Of a stretch of DNA of 64,000 bases, positions 28,047 to 38,291 are shown in pieces. Origin of the DNA: Candidatus Saccharimonadia bacterium (GTDB lineage: Bacteria; Patescibacteriota; Saccharimonadia; UBA4664). The position numbers were made by a program, and so were the translations under genes. The notes beneath the pieces are model-generated. The model was not told where the DNA came from, searched no databases, and saw only the letters and a list, made by a program, of their open reading frames with translations. The stretch is from positions 65,156 through 129,155 of the forward strand of contig DATKIP010000093.1 in NCBI GenBank assembly GCA_035544015.1, given 5' to 3'. How positions within the stretch are numbered: position 1 is the stretch's first letter; every line of letters starts with the position of its first letter.

Positions 28047-28697
28047 GTGAGGCGGTTATTTGGCATCCTCGCGCTCATAGGCATAATCGTCTATGTTGTC
28101 CCGCACGCTAGCAACGGTGGTCCAGGCGCCACCCAAACCGGCCGGCGGGGGATCGTCACGTCCCAAGCCCGCATCGATTACTCCAAGGTGACAAGTCGAC
28201 TCACGGAGCTAAAGCTCGGTCCGCTAGTGACGAGCCAAAGCTCTGGCGCGCAGCGTCAGGTGGCCACCACCAAACTGCTTGCTAGTGGCCTCGTCACCGC
28301 GGTCAAGTACGATCAGCGCATTCGATGCTACCCGCTCGATGACCTCAGCCAGCGTGCCGCCAAGATGTATTGGGGGCTCGTGCAGTTCTTGCAGGTGATC
28401 GTAACCGCCGGTTTCGTCGTCGGGGTCAGCTGCGTCAATACGGGCCACGATCGTGACGGTGCACTCCATCCGTTATGGCGGGCTATGGACATAAACTACG
28501 TCAATGGTCGGCGGGTTAATACTCGTCTCGATCAAGTCTGGCGGTTTGCGCGCTGGGTGATGGGTCTCAATACGGCCGATCTACCCACCGAGGTCGGTAG
28601 CGACAGCGATTTCATTGACCACAGTCGTATGAAAAAGGCCGGCCGAGGCCCGTTTATTGTCGATCCAGCCCATTTTCACTTCGGGTATCGGCTATGA
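28047..28697 (+). CDS. exported peptidase M15-like zinc protein (putative)
   Basis: GAAGGAG RBS; N-terminal TM; H-x6-D (HPLWRAMD) and C-terminal HxH (HFHFGY). Confidence 0.65.
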   Translation: MRRLFGILALIGIIVYVVPHASNGGPGATQTGRRGIVTSQARIDYSKVTSRLTELKLGPLVTSQSSGAQRQVATTKLLASGLVTAVKYDQRIRCYPLDDLSQRAAKMYWGLVQFLQVIVTAGFVVGVSCVNTGHDRDGALHPLWRAMDINYVNGRRVNTRLDQVWRFARWVMGLNTADLPTEVGSDSDFIDHSRMKKAGRGPFIVDPAHFHFGYRL

Positions 28698-28718
28698 CCT
28701 GCCCGTCAACTTCCGGCG

Positions 28719-28752
28719 GCCCGCCCGTGCCCGTGATCGGGTGCGGGCGGGC
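28719..28752 (+). terminator. GC hairpin
   Basis: 15-bp stem with two G-U pairs. Confidence 0.6.
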
Positions 28753-28798
28753 AATCCGGCCTGGGCGCCGCACCGGCATTACGTGCGCTATGTACAAT

Positions 28799-28864
28799 GT
28801 CTAAAGTTTAGACATTTGCCGTAGGTCCGAACTCAAATAACCGTAAAAAGTCTAAACTTTAGAC
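28799..28864. repeat. twin 15-bp palindrome module
   Basis: GTCTAAAGTTTAGAC (28799) and GTCTAAACTTTAGAC (28850), 51 bp apart, with GTCCGAAC between. Confidence 0.88.
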
Positions 28865-28876
28865 CACATCACCTTC

Positions 28877-29206
28877 ATGAACACCCTCCAGCCACCAAAA
28901 ACCACCCGCCAAGTCCGCACCAAGTACACGCCGCTCAGTTACGAGCGCCTCGCCATCCTTCTCGCCGTCGCTGCGGGTCCCATCGATTGCGCCCGCATCG
29001 CCGAGCAAGTACTGGCCGATACTGTCGCCAATATCGTCCTCAAGAAAAGTACAGCCTATTATCTTATAAGTGAATTGACCACTACCGGTCACCTGCAAAA
29101 ACACGGTTCCTACACCCTCACCGCCAAAGGTCGCCAAACCTTGCAACGCGAGCTCGCGCGCCTCGAACAACAGCGCCGTCTCCTGCTCCAGCGCCTACCG
29201 CAATGA
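28877..29206 (+). CDS. PadR-like winged-helix regulator
   Basis: ILLA.A.GP...I...V...STAY..I..L...G...Y.LT.KGR..L..E..RL. Confidence 0.75.
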   Translation: MNTLQPPKTTRQVRTKYTPLSYERLAILLAVAAGPIDCARIAEQVLADTVANIVLKKSTAYYLISELTTTGHLQKHGSYTLTAKGRQTLQRELARLEQQRRLLLQRLPQ

Positions 29207-29209
29207 CGT

Positions 29210-29236
29210 TTAGCACTCGCTTGCATAGAGTGCCAA
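29210..29236 (+). promoter_or_regulatory. CIRCE element (HrcA operator) upstream of clpC
   Basis: TTAGCACTC-N9-GAGTGCCAA, 1 mismatch to consensus; TATACT follows. Confidence 0.9.
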
Positions 29237-29317
29237 CAATGCTATACTATCTGCATATCTCGCGTACTCTTGACTACCGGATGCCAGCGTGGGAGGGTAA
29301 CGGAAAGGACATCAATC

Positions 29318-31849
29318 ATGGCCGATTTTAGCTCACAGTTCGATCGGTTCACCGAGAACGCCAAACGCAGTCTCGAAAACGCCGAGGCCATCGCCACCCA
29401 AATGGGTTCCAGCTACGTCGGCACCGAGCACATTTTGCTCGGCGTGCTGCAGCAAGAGACCTCCATCGGGGCCAAAATTCTCAAAAATGTCGGCGTCACG
29501 TTCGAAAAAGCCCAGCTGGTACTGAGCTTCTCGCAGCAGTTAGCCGGCGGCGGCTACAAAGGCGCCTCCGAAACCGCTAAGCGTACGCTCACCTACAGCA
29601 TGCGCGTGGCGAAGGAATTCGGGCAGCCTTACTGCGGTACCGAGCACATTTTGTTCGCCATCCTGAGCGAAAAAAGTGCGCGCGCTATCAGCTTGCTCAA
29701 AAACGACCTCCAGATCGACCCCGCTATCATCCGCGGTGAGCTCGAAAACTACCTCGGCAACCAGCAATACTTCTATGCCGACGAAGAGCGCGGCGGCGCC
29801 CGTACCGCCAAGGGTGGGGGAGGCGGCAACGCCGGCAAATCCAAAACCCCCGCGCTCGATCACTTTGGCATCGATCTCACCGCCAAAGCCGGCGACAACA
29901 AGCTCGATCCCATGGTGGGCCGCGAAGCCCAGATTAGCCGCGTCATTTCTATCCTCGGCCGCCGCAGCAAAAACAACCCCGTGCTCATCGGCGAGCCCGG
30001 CGTTGGCAAAACCGCCATCGCCGAGGGCCTGGCTCAGCGCATCATTGCCGAGGAAGTCCCCGAAATGCTTCTGCGCAAGCGCCTCGTCATGCTCGACCTG
30101 GCGTCGGTCATCGCCGGCACCAAGTACCGCGGCGAATTCGAAGAGCGCCTCAAAAAAATCCTCGACGAGGCCAAAGCCACTCCCGAGGTCATCCTCTTCA
30201 TCGACGAGCTCCACACCGTGGTGGGCGCCGGCGCGGCCGAAGGCGCCATCGACGCCGCCAACATCCTCAAGCCCGCGCTCAGCCGCGGCGAAATTCAGGT
30301 GATCGGCGCCACTACTCTCGACGAATACCGCAAGCACATCGAAAAAGACGCCGCCCTCGAGCGCCGCTTCCAGCCGGTGCAGGTCCCCGAAACCACGCCC
30401 GAAGAGACCGTCGACGTGCTGCGCGGTTTGCGGCCCCGTTACGAAGAGCACCACCGCGTCGAAATCAGCGACGAGGCCATCGAAGCCGCCGCCAAGCTCG
30501 CTAAGCGCTACGTGGCCGACCGTTTTCTGCCCGACAAGGCCATCGACCTCATCGACGAGGCCGCCAGCCTCGCCCGCATCAAGCGCGGCGGCTCCAGCAA
30601 GGCTTTGCGCAACCTCCAAAAACAAGTAAGCGAAATCCGTGACGACATCGAAAACGCCGTCTTCGACCAAGACTTCGAGCTGGCCGCTCGCCTCAAGACC
30701 CGCGAATCGGTCATCCAAAACCGCCTCAGTCAGCTCAAACTCAAAGAAGGCGCCGCCGATGCCGCCGTGCGTATCACCGCCGAAGACATCGCCCAGGTCG
30801 TCTCGCTCATGACCGGCATCCCCGTCACGCGCCTCATCAAGACCGAAGTCGACAGCCTCCTCAAGCTCGAAGACTCGCTCAAGCGCCGAGTCATCGGCCA
30901 AACAGAAGCCATCGAAGCCATCTCCCGCAGCATCCGCCGCTCGCGCACCGGCGTGTCCGACGCCCGCCGTCCCATCGGCAGCTTCATTTTCCTCGGCCCC
31001 ACCGGCGTCGGCAAAACCGAGCTCGCGCGTATGCTGTCCGAGGAATTGTTCCACGACCGCGATGCCATGATCAAGATCGACATGTCGGAATTCATGGAGC
31101 GGCACAACGTTTCGCGCCTCGTCGGCGCCCCCGCCGGCTATGTCGGCTACGACGAAGGTGGTCAGCTCACGGAGCAGGTCCGGCGCAAGCCCTACAGCCT
31201 CATCCTTTTCGATGAGCTCGAGAAGGCCCACCCCGATGTGTTCAACATGCTGCTGCAAATCCTCGAAGATGGCTATGTCACCGACGCCAAAGGCCGCCGC
31301 GTCGACTTCCGCAACACGGTCATCATCATGACCTCCAACGTCGGCGCCTCCGACATGAACCGCGAAGTCGAGCTCGGTTTCCGCACCGAAACTCCGAATG
31401 AGGAAAAAGCCCTCGAGGCCACTCACCTCAAGGTCAAAACTAAGGTGCTCGAAGACCTGCGCAAGCAATTCCGCCCCGAATTCCTCAACCGCATTGACGG
31501 CACACTGGTCTTCAAGACGCTCAGCCAAAACGACATCAAAAAGATTCTTGTGCTTCAGCTGACCGACTTGAGCAAACGCCTCGATGAACAAGATCTCAAG
31601 CTCAAAGTGACGTCCTCGGCCAAAGGACTCCTCGTGGAGCGTGGCTACGACACCAAACAGGGCGCCCGCCCGATGCGCCGTGCCATCCAGGATCTCCTGG
31701 AAGACCCGCTCGCCACGGGGCTGCTCGACGGCCGCTTCGAAGCCGGTGATACCATCACCGCCACCCGCCGCGGCGACCAAATCCACCTCACTTCCGAGCG
31801 GCCTGCCCCCTCGCCAACCACCACGGTCGACGAAGCGGGCCGCGCCTAA
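29318..31849 (+). CDS. clpC: ATP-dependent Clp protease ATPase subunit ClpC
   Basis: Clp-N repeats; GEPGVGKT and GPTGVGKT Walker A motifs; UVR middle domain; LGF loop. Confidence 0.95.
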   Translation: MADFSSQFDRFTENAKRSLENAEAIATQMGSSYVGTEHILLGVLQQETSIGAKILKNVGVTFEKAQLVLSFSQQLAGGGYKGASETAKRTLTYSMRVAKEFGQPYCGTEHILFAILSEKSARAISLLKNDLQIDPAIIRGELENYLGNQQYFYADEERGGARTAKGGGGGNAGKSKTPALDHFGIDLTAKAGDNKLDPMVGREAQISRVISILGRRSKNNPVLIGEPGVGKTAIAEGLAQRIIAEEVPEMLLRKRLVMLDLASVIAGTKYRGEFEERLKKILDEAKATPEVILFIDELHTVVGAGAAEGAIDAANILKPALSRGEIQVIGATTLDEYRKHIEKDAALERRFQPVQVPETTPEETVDVLRGLRPRYEEHHRVEISDEAIEAAAKLAKRYVADRFLPDKAIDLIDEAASLARIKRGGSSKALRNLQKQVSEIRDDIENAVFDQDFELAARLKTRESVIQNRLSQLKLKEGAADAAVRITAEDIAQVVSLMTGIPVTRLIKTEVDSLLKLEDSLKRRVIGQTEAIEAISRSIRRSRTGVSDARRPIGSFIFLGPTGVGKTELARMLSEELFHDRDAMIKIDMSEFMERHNVSRLVGAPAGYVGYDEGGQLTEQVRRKPYSLILFDELEKAHPDVFNMLLQILEDGYVTDAKGRRVDFRNTVIIMTSNVGASDMNREVELGFRTETPNEEKALEATHLKVKTKVLEDLRKQFRPEFLNRIDGTLVFKTLSQNDIKKILVLQLTDLSKRLDEQDLKLKVTSSAKGLLVERGYDTKQGARPMRRAIQDLLEDPLATGLLDGRFEAGDTITATRRGDQIHLTSERPAPSPTTTVDEAGRA

Positions 31850-31893
31850 GGTAGCCTAGAGACCGCAACCGCACTATCAATAAATCCGTGGTG

Positions 31894-31928
31894 TGGTGGC
31901 CCTGATCGGATTGCGACCAGGGCCACCA
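31894..31928. terminator. GC hairpin between convergent genes
   Basis: TGGTGGCCCTG/CAGGGCCACCA stem. Confidence 0.6.
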
Positions 31929-31956
31929 TGGCACTCTCCCGGGTGCGAGGTGGCGG

Positions 31957-33660
31957 TTACGCCACCGGACCAGTCGGGCCAGCCGAGCGGGGGTGCGCCG
32001 ACTGGAGCTCGGCGATTTGTTGATCGCGCTGAGCTATCAGTTCCAGCAGAAACTGTTTCTCCAGCTGCTGTCGAGTCCGATCGGGAGCCGGCATCGAAGT
32101 CGGCAAATCCCGGATCAGCCGACTCACGACCTCGGCCGCGAGCCGCGGAGCATGGGGTAGCTCCAGGGCCAGCCGTTGGCGTATCTGTTTGCCCAAGGGC
32201 AGGAGCCGGATATAAGACGTAGACCGTCTGCCTCCGCGCTCGATCATCTTGTGCTCGGCGAATGTTTTGAGCAGCGCCGACACGGCTGTACTCCCCACCG
32301 AACCGAAAAAGGGCCGAACCAAGGCCAGACTCGCCTTCCGAAGCATCTCTCCTGGTTGAGCCTCGATGTACAGAAGCAGTTGATACAGATGACCCCTGGT
32401 GCCATACGCGATCCCCGTCAGGGTCTCGGCTAGCTCGGCCGCCGCTGGCAGTCGTTCGTAGCGCTCCAAGTAGCTTCCGTAGTACTCTAGTGCCGCGAGA
32501 CCAGCAGGCGTAAGGACTATGAACAGAGGGGGAGTCTTCGGGATCGTGCTCTTCGTGATGGTAATGAGTTCGGCCGCCTGAAGGCTCGGCAGCAGCTGGC
32601 GAAGAACAGAATTCGGAAGACCGGTGATGGTCTCCAGCGGCTTGAGCTGCGGGCAGGACCATCGCTCCCCCCGCTGCCGAATAAACCGAAGAATCATCAG
32701 ACCCTCCGGAGCTCGGCTGAGGCCACCCATCGTTCCGTCCAGATCGGCTTCATCGAAGACGCCGACTACCGCAGGGGAGGTGGGAAGCACCATATCGGCT
32801 CTGGAGCCATACTGGTGCCACAGCTCCCGCCCAAGCGCGGTCCAGCTTAACGAATGGCCGTCTCCCACTCTCTGCCATGTCAGGTAACCGCCGGCCTCAC
32901 TGTCTTGAAGTAGTTTGCGGATCCACCATTCACTGATGTCGCCGCACCACTCCTGGAGAGTATCGAGCGAGAGGTCCGACACCTCCCCCTCCCTGTCGGC
33001 TAGATGACGCAGGAGGACGACGGTCAGGAGCGGGGAGAAGAGCGTCGCCACCGACGGGGAGAAATCCGCCTCGATCGTAGCCTGCCAAGCAGTCTGAAAT
33101 GCCATCACCTCCCGTTTCAGGTCGTCGGTCTCACCATCCAGGAACACTTCGAGCTCCTGGATGGCGCTCCAGCCGGCTGGAGTTAGCCGCGTGTAGGCCC
33201 GAGTCTCTTTTGAGACGCGGGGCCCCCGATCGATCAGTTGGTGGCTTTCGGCAAATCGCAGCGTGCGGACCTCCAGCCGGCTATACCTACCGCCAAGCAG
33301 TGGGCTCGGCTGGATATTCATGACCGGCCCGCAGAGACCCTCTGGCTGGAGCGCCAGCCAAGACAGCAGGAAGTAGAGCTTGCGTAGGCTGGGCCGGAGC
33401 AGGCGCCCGCTTTGGTTGAGGGCGGTAAGGGTACCGATCGGCTCCTGGGCCGCCGCTAGTTCGAAGACACCCCCCTTCGGCAGCGCTAGCTGGACTCCCT
33501 GATTCTGTAGGTAGCCGATGAGTGCGGCCGGAGTAGAAAGCTCCAGTCGCCGCATGAGCCGGTAGAGCTCGGGCTCGGATGGTGGTGCCCCCAGCTCAAG
33601 GAGGCCGGCTTCGAGCCGCCGTTGTCGCTCTACCGCCGTTAGGCCTATCCTGCGGTTCAT
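31957..33660 (-). CDS. orphan protein with four tandem winged-helix-like repeats
   Basis: GAGGTG RBS; repeats end in RLTPAG, SWTALG, VLTPAG, RLLPLG. Confidence 0.7.
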   Translation of the reverse strand: MNRRIGLTAVERQRRLEAGLLELGAPPSEPELYRLMRRLELSTPAALIGYLQNQGVQLALPKGGVFELAAAQEPIGTLTALNQSGRLLRPSLRKLYFLLSWLALQPEGLCGPVMNIQPSPLLGGRYSRLEVRTLRFAESHQLIDRGPRVSKETRAYTRLTPAGWSAIQELEVFLDGETDDLKREVMAFQTAWQATIEADFSPSVATLFSPLLTVVLLRHLADREGEVSDLSLDTLQEWCGDISEWWIRKLLQDSEAGGYLTWQRVGDGHSLSWTALGRELWHQYGSRADMVLPTSPAVVGVFDEADLDGTMGGLSRAPEGLMILRFIRQRGERWSCPQLKPLETITGLPNSVLRQLLPSLQAAELITITKSTIPKTPPLFIVLTPAGLAALEYYGSYLERYERLPAAAELAETLTGIAYGTRGHLYQLLLYIEAQPGEMLRKASLALVRPFFGSVGSTAVSALLKTFAEHKMIERGGRRSTSYIRLLPLGKQIRQRLALELPHAPRLAAEVVSRLIRDLPTSMPAPDRTRQQLEKQFLLELIAQRDQQIAELQSAHPRSAGPTGPVA

Positions 33661-33781
33661 AGGGAATCCACCTCTCTCGGCCGGAGAAACTGCACTTGGG
33701 AAGGGCCATCCGTTGTCGCAATGAACTGCATTTCGACTCGGGATCATTCCATTATGCCGTCAAATGCGGCCACCGCAAACT

Positions 33782-35602
33782 CTAGCGGTATCCCGAGGCC
33801 TGTAGCTCAAAGAGCTCATGGTACCGCCCACCCAGCGCCACGAGCTGTTCGTGGCTCCCGCGCTCCGTAATGGTGCCGTTCTCAAGCACAATAATCATGT
33901 CGGCGTTGCGCACCGTGCTAAACCGATGCGAGATAATGATGGTTGATTTCTCGCGCTGGTTGGCCGCAATTTGCTCAAAGATCTCAAACTCGCCTTTGGC
34001 GTCAATCGCCGACGTCGGCTCATCGAGTATCAGAATGCTGGCATCGCGGTAAAACGCTCGCGCCAGCGCGATGCGCTGCCATTGCCCGCCCGACGGCTCA
34101 ATGCCGTTCTTGAAACTGCGATTGAGAATCTGGTCGTACGTATGCGGATACTCCTCGATAAAGCCGTTGGCGCCCGCCTCCTCAGCCGCTGCCCGCACTT
34201 CGGCCGAATTGGCCTTGGTGGCGGCCCGGCCGAGCGCGATATTGTCGCGCACGCTCAAGGAATCGTAGCGGTTAAAATCCTGAAACAGCGCCCCGATGCG
34301 TCGGTACCAGCTGGCTGCATTGATCGCGCGCAAATCCTGGCCATCCACCAGAATTCGTCCCGACGTCGGATCGTAGAGCCGCAAGAGCAGTTTAATAAGC
34401 GTAGTTTTGCCGGCGCCATTCGCCCCCACGATCGCCAGGCCCTCCCCGGGCTCGAGCACAAACGACACCTCCCGCAACACCTCATGCTCGCCCCCGGGGT
34501 AGCGAAAACTTACCTTCTCAAATTCAATCCGGGGCGGCGGCCCGGCCGGTTCGAGCACCACCGGCTCGGCCGCCTCGGGCAGTCGCGGCTGAAGCGCCAT
34601 CATCTCGAAGTAATCATTCACATACAAGCTACTCTCCTGCATCGTGTGCAGGTTGCGCACGAGACTCGAGCCAGCACTGGCGTAGTTGTCAATCACCTGG
34701 CGATAAAACACGAAGCTCCCCAGACCCGACCCGCGCGCCATCACGCGCAGGAGCAACCAGGCCTGCGACCCCACGCTCACCACAATGTCGAGCACGCCGG
34801 CAATGGCCCGCTGCTTTTGAGCGCGCCGCTCGATACCAATTTGAGCCAAATGCGCCGCTCGGTAGTGCTGCTCCCAGCGTTTGATGAGCGCGTTTTTGAG
34901 CCCGTACAATTTAATTTCCCGCAGGCTGATCACGTTCGACAGCAACCCCCGCAGGTACCACTGCAGCCGCCAGTCGTTGCCGCGCTCGTCCCAGCTGCGC
35001 CATTGCGCCATGCTCGTGCGCACCTCGATCACGAGCACCGGAATCAGCCCCAGCGTAATCGCCAGCGCAATCAACGGCTCGAACGCCACCAGCGCAATCG
35101 CCGTCGACACCAGCTGCACCACACTATTGCCCGCCATCAAAAAATTGCGGTTGAGTCGCCGCATCGATGACAAATTCTGACTAATCTTGTTGAGCTGGTT
35201 ATTGAAGGCCTGGTCTTCGTAATAGGTTTGATCGAGCGCGTGAACCTTTTCAAACAGACTCCGCTGCACAAACAAATCAAACTGCATACCGAAAACATCA
35301 TCGAGATAAAAACTCCAGTAGCTCGTTTGGTTAATCACAAATTGCAACAAACCAATCGCCACCATGAGCCACAAAAGGCCCACAATCGGTCCCGGATGCG
35401 CCACGCGCTCAGCGATGCCGCCGAGCACCAGCGCCACCAAAAAGGCGTTTAGGAGGGGCAAAAGACCCTGAACCACCGTTATTACTACCTGCAACACATA
35501 CAGTCGCGGCGACACCCGCCAGTTCATAGCTACTACCCGGCTCAGCGTGCGTGAAAAGCTGCCGACACCGCGCAGGCTGACCCTCAATTTGCTCATAATC
35601 AT
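33782..35602 (-). CDS. ABC transporter, fused permease/ATPase
   Basis: TM domain; GANGAGKTT; SGGQWQR; ILDEPT; SHR. Confidence 0.95.
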   Translation of the reverse strand: MIMSKLRVSLRGVGSFSRTLSRVVAMNWRVSPRLYVLQVVITVVQGLLPLLNAFLVALVLGGIAERVAHPGPIVGLLWLMVAIGLLQFVINQTSYWSFYLDDVFGMQFDLFVQRSLFEKVHALDQTYYEDQAFNNQLNKISQNLSSMRRLNRNFLMAGNSVVQLVSTAIALVAFEPLIALAITLGLIPVLVIEVRTSMAQWRSWDERGNDWRLQWYLRGLLSNVISLREIKLYGLKNALIKRWEQHYRAAHLAQIGIERRAQKQRAIAGVLDIVVSVGSQAWLLLRVMARGSGLGSFVFYRQVIDNYASAGSSLVRNLHTMQESSLYVNDYFEMMALQPRLPEAAEPVVLEPAGPPPRIEFEKVSFRYPGGEHEVLREVSFVLEPGEGLAIVGANGAGKTTLIKLLLRLYDPTSGRILVDGQDLRAINAASWYRRIGALFQDFNRYDSLSVRDNIALGRAATKANSAEVRAAAEEAGANGFIEEYPHTYDQILNRSFKNGIEPSGGQWQRIALARAFYRDASILILDEPTSAIDAKGEFEIFEQIAANQREKSTIIISHRFSTVRNADMIIVLENGTITERGSHEQLVALGGRYHELFELQASGYR

Positions 35603-35626
35603 AGCTCCTACACTAGCACAATTGCG

Positions 35627-35643
35627 TGTTCGCATTTTGTTCG
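35627..35643 (+). promoter_or_regulatory. GTTC-N7-GTTC direct repeat (LexA-box-like) at the radA promoter
   Basis: TGTTCGCATTTTGTTCG overlaps the -35 position of a TACAAT -10; second copy at 51213. Confidence 0.65.
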
Positions 35644-35667
35644 CAACCTGCTACAATAATATCAGAC

Positions 35668-37014
35668 ATGGCAAAACTTTCTACCAAATATGTCTGCCAA
35701 ACCTGCGCCGCCGTTTATTCCCGATGGATGGGTCGTTGCGAGCAATGCGGCACCTGGAACTCGCTCGTCGAAGAAGTGCAGGCTGCGTCGGCCGGCGGTT
35801 TCGGCAAGACGCGCTCCGCCGCCGCGCTCAAGCCCACCACCATGGCCGACGTTACCGCCGAGCATTCACCGCGCCGCACCACGGGCCTGGCCGAAGTCGA
35901 CCAGGTACTGGGCGGCGGCCTCGTGCCGGGTTCGGTGATCTTGCTCTCGGGTGATCCCGGCATCGGCAAGAGCACCCTGGTGCTGCAGATCGCCGCCGCC
36001 GTGGCCAGCCGCGAGCGCGTGCTCTATGTGAGCGGCGAAGAGAGCACAGCGCAAATCCGGCTGCGAGCCGAGCGCCTCGAGCTCGCGGGCAGCAGCCTGG
36101 AGCTCCTCGCCGGCACGGGCGTGGACGCGATCGCCGCGACGATTGATCAGGGCGACTACGGCCTCGTGATTATCGATTCCATCCAAACCATGGCTGTAGA
36201 GGCGCTCACCGGCTCGCCCGGCACCGTCGGCCAAATCACCGCCAGCGCCCAGGCGCTCACGGCCGTGGCCAAGCGCCGCGGGCCGGCCATGCTCATCATT
36301 GGTCACGTCACCAAAGAGGGCAATATTGCCGGGCCCAAAATTCTCGAACATCTCGTGGATGTCGTGTTGTACCTCGAAGGCGAGCGCTACGGCGCCTTCA
36401 AGGCCCTGCGCGGCGTTAAAAATCGGTTTGGTTCCACCAGTGAGGTCGGCATCTTCGAAATGGGGGAGCACGGCCTCGTGCCCGTCCCCAATCCGTCCGA
36501 GGCCCTGCTCGCCGAGCGCCGCCCGGCCTCCGGATCGGTGGTGCTGGCCACTCTCGAGGGCAGCCGGCCGTTACTCGTTGAGGTCCAGGCGCTGGTCTCG
36601 CCCACGCCGTTTGGTTACCCCAAACGCACCGCCGTTGGCTTTGACCTCAACCGCCTCAACTTGCTCGTAGCCGTGCTGGGTAGACGCGCCGGTCTCAATT
36701 TGAGTTCATCCGACATCTATGTTAATGTAGTGGGCGGATTGCGGGTCACCGAGCCGGCCGCAGATTTAGCAATTATTTTATCCGTAGCTTCGGCTCTCCA
36801 AGACACGCAGGTCCCCCAAGGGCTCGTCGCCTTCGGCGAAGTAGGACTCAGCGGCGAAGTTCGGTCAGTGGCCCAGTCCGCCGTCCGCGTGGCCGAGGCC
36901 GCTCGCCTCGGGTACAAATTCGCCATCGGACCGGCCTTTGGCGCGGCCCGCGGCCTCACCGGAGTGGCCGACGTCGCTGCGGCCGTCAAGCTCCTGCGTA
37001 CCAGCAAGCATTAA
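35668..37014 (+). CDS. radA: DNA repair protein RadA/Sms
   Basis: C4 zinc finger; GDPGIGKST; KNRFG; Lon-like C-terminal domain. Confidence 0.97.
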   Translation: MAKLSTKYVCQTCAAVYSRWMGRCEQCGTWNSLVEEVQAASAGGFGKTRSAAALKPTTMADVTAEHSPRRTTGLAEVDQVLGGGLVPGSVILLSGDPGIGKSTLVLQIAAAVASRERVLYVSGEESTAQIRLRAERLELAGSSLELLAGTGVDAIAATIDQGDYGLVIIDSIQTMAVEALTGSPGTVGQITASAQALTAVAKRRGPAMLIIGHVTKEGNIAGPKILEHLVDVVLYLEGERYGAFKALRGVKNRFGSTSEVGIFEMGEHGLVPVPNPSEALLAERRPASGSVVLATLEGSRPLLVEVQALVSPTPFGYPKRTAVGFDLNRLNLLVAVLGRRAGLNLSSSDIYVNVVGGLRVTEPAADLAIILSVASALQDTQVPQGLVAFGEVGLSGEVRSVAQSAVRVAEAARLGYKFAIGPAFGAARGLTGVADVAAAVKLLRTSKH

Positions 37015-38240
37015 TGCAAGGATTTATTTTCATGACTCCCACAATGACCGTTTCTCTCGCCGTCGTCAGTGTATTACTAATAGTACTAGCGCTGCTGCGG
37101 CTGCGGCATGTCTCGCTGCAGGGGCTCGTATTTGGCCTCAGCGGAGCCATAATCGGCCTGCTGCTGGGCGCTCTGGCCAGCGTTCCGCTCAGCAAACTGC
37201 CCGACCCGGTCGGTAATGTCTTGCCGCTGGCGGTATCGCTGGCGCTGACGCTCATCGTGATGGGCGCCGTGCTTTCACGGCGGCGGGCTTTGCTGGCCGC
37301 CATGCCGTTTCTGGATGTTAAATCGCGCACTGTGGTTCAGCCGGCCGTAGCCGAGCCCGAACCCGTTGCTCCAGCTGAGCCCACGCTGCCCCAAATTCTC
37401 GTCGACACCTCGGTGATCATCGACGGCCGCATCGCCGATATTGCCGCCGCCGGCTTTGTGCCCGGCCGCCTCACGGTGCCGCGGTTTGTGCTGGCCGAGC
37501 TCCAAAACATCGCCGACTCCGACGACGCCATGCGACGGGGCCGCGGCCGCCGGGGCCTAGACGTGCTCAACACCCTGCGCGAGCTACCCGATGTCGAGAC
37601 CTCGATCATCGAGGACGATGTCCCGGGCGTACGCGAAGTCGACGCCAAGCTGGTGGCCCTGGCTCAGCGATTTAGCTGCAACGTGCTCACTACCGACTAC
37701 AATCTCAACCGCGTCGCCCAGATTCAGGGCGTGCGGGTGCTCAACGTCAATGAACTTTCCAACGCTATCCGCCCGGTGGTGCTGCCCGGCGAGGAGCTGC
37801 TAGTCCGCGTGGTCCAGCCCGGCAAAGAGCGCAACCAAGGTGTGGGATACCTGGCCGACGGTACTATGATCGTCGTTGAAAACGGCGACAAACTCATCGG
37901 CCAAGAAGTGTCTACCGAGGTCACCCGCGTCTTCCAGACCGTCGCCGGCAAAATGATCTTTGCCGTGCCGCGCCATGGCCTGGGCGGCGCCCCGGCTGCG
38001 GCGGCCACGCCCATCGCCGCCGACCCCACCACCACGCCGGCCCCCGCTGCCGCTCCCGTAGCCCCCGCGGCTGCCCCCACCGCCCCCCCGGCCGACAAAG
38101 ACGCCGCCCAGCGCAAGAATCGCTTCGGCCGCCACCGGGGGCGCGGCAACGGCAACAAACCGGGCCCGGCGGCTGGTGGCCAAGACGGCCAGTCGCTCGA
38201 AGACCGTGTCATCGCCGCCACCACCCCGCCAAACGAGTAA
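37014..38240 (+). CDS. PIN/TRAM membrane protein (YacL-like)
   Basis: TM segments; VDTSVIIDGRI; RGRRGLD; T.D.NL; QGVGYL.DGTMIVVE. Confidence 0.92.
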   Translation: MQGFIFMTPTMTVSLAVVSVLLIVLALLRLRHVSLQGLVFGLSGAIIGLLLGALASVPLSKLPDPVGNVLPLAVSLALTLIVMGAVLSRRRALLAAMPFLDVKSRTVVQPAVAEPEPVAPAEPTLPQILVDTSVIIDGRIADIAAAGFVPGRLTVPRFVLAELQNIADSDDAMRRGRGRRGLDVLNTLRELPDVETSIIEDDVPGVREVDAKLVALAQRFSCNVLTTDYNLNRVAQIQGVRVLNVNELSNAIRPVVLPGEELLVRVVQPGKERNQGVGYLADGTMIVVENGDKLIGQEVSTEVTRVFQTVAGKMIFAVPRHGLGGAPAAAATPIAADPTTTPAPAAAPVAPAAAPTAPPADKDAAQRKNRFGRHRGRGNGNKPGPAAGGQDGQSLEDRVIAATTPPNE

Positions 38241-38291
38241 AAATTTGGTATAACTAGACCTGGGTTCTGACGTCTACGAAGGGATGAACTC

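Noticed and set aside
29302-29309. GAAAGG RBS as an exclusive marker of foreign genes
   Set aside because: clpC, the YtxH-like gene and the response regulator also use it
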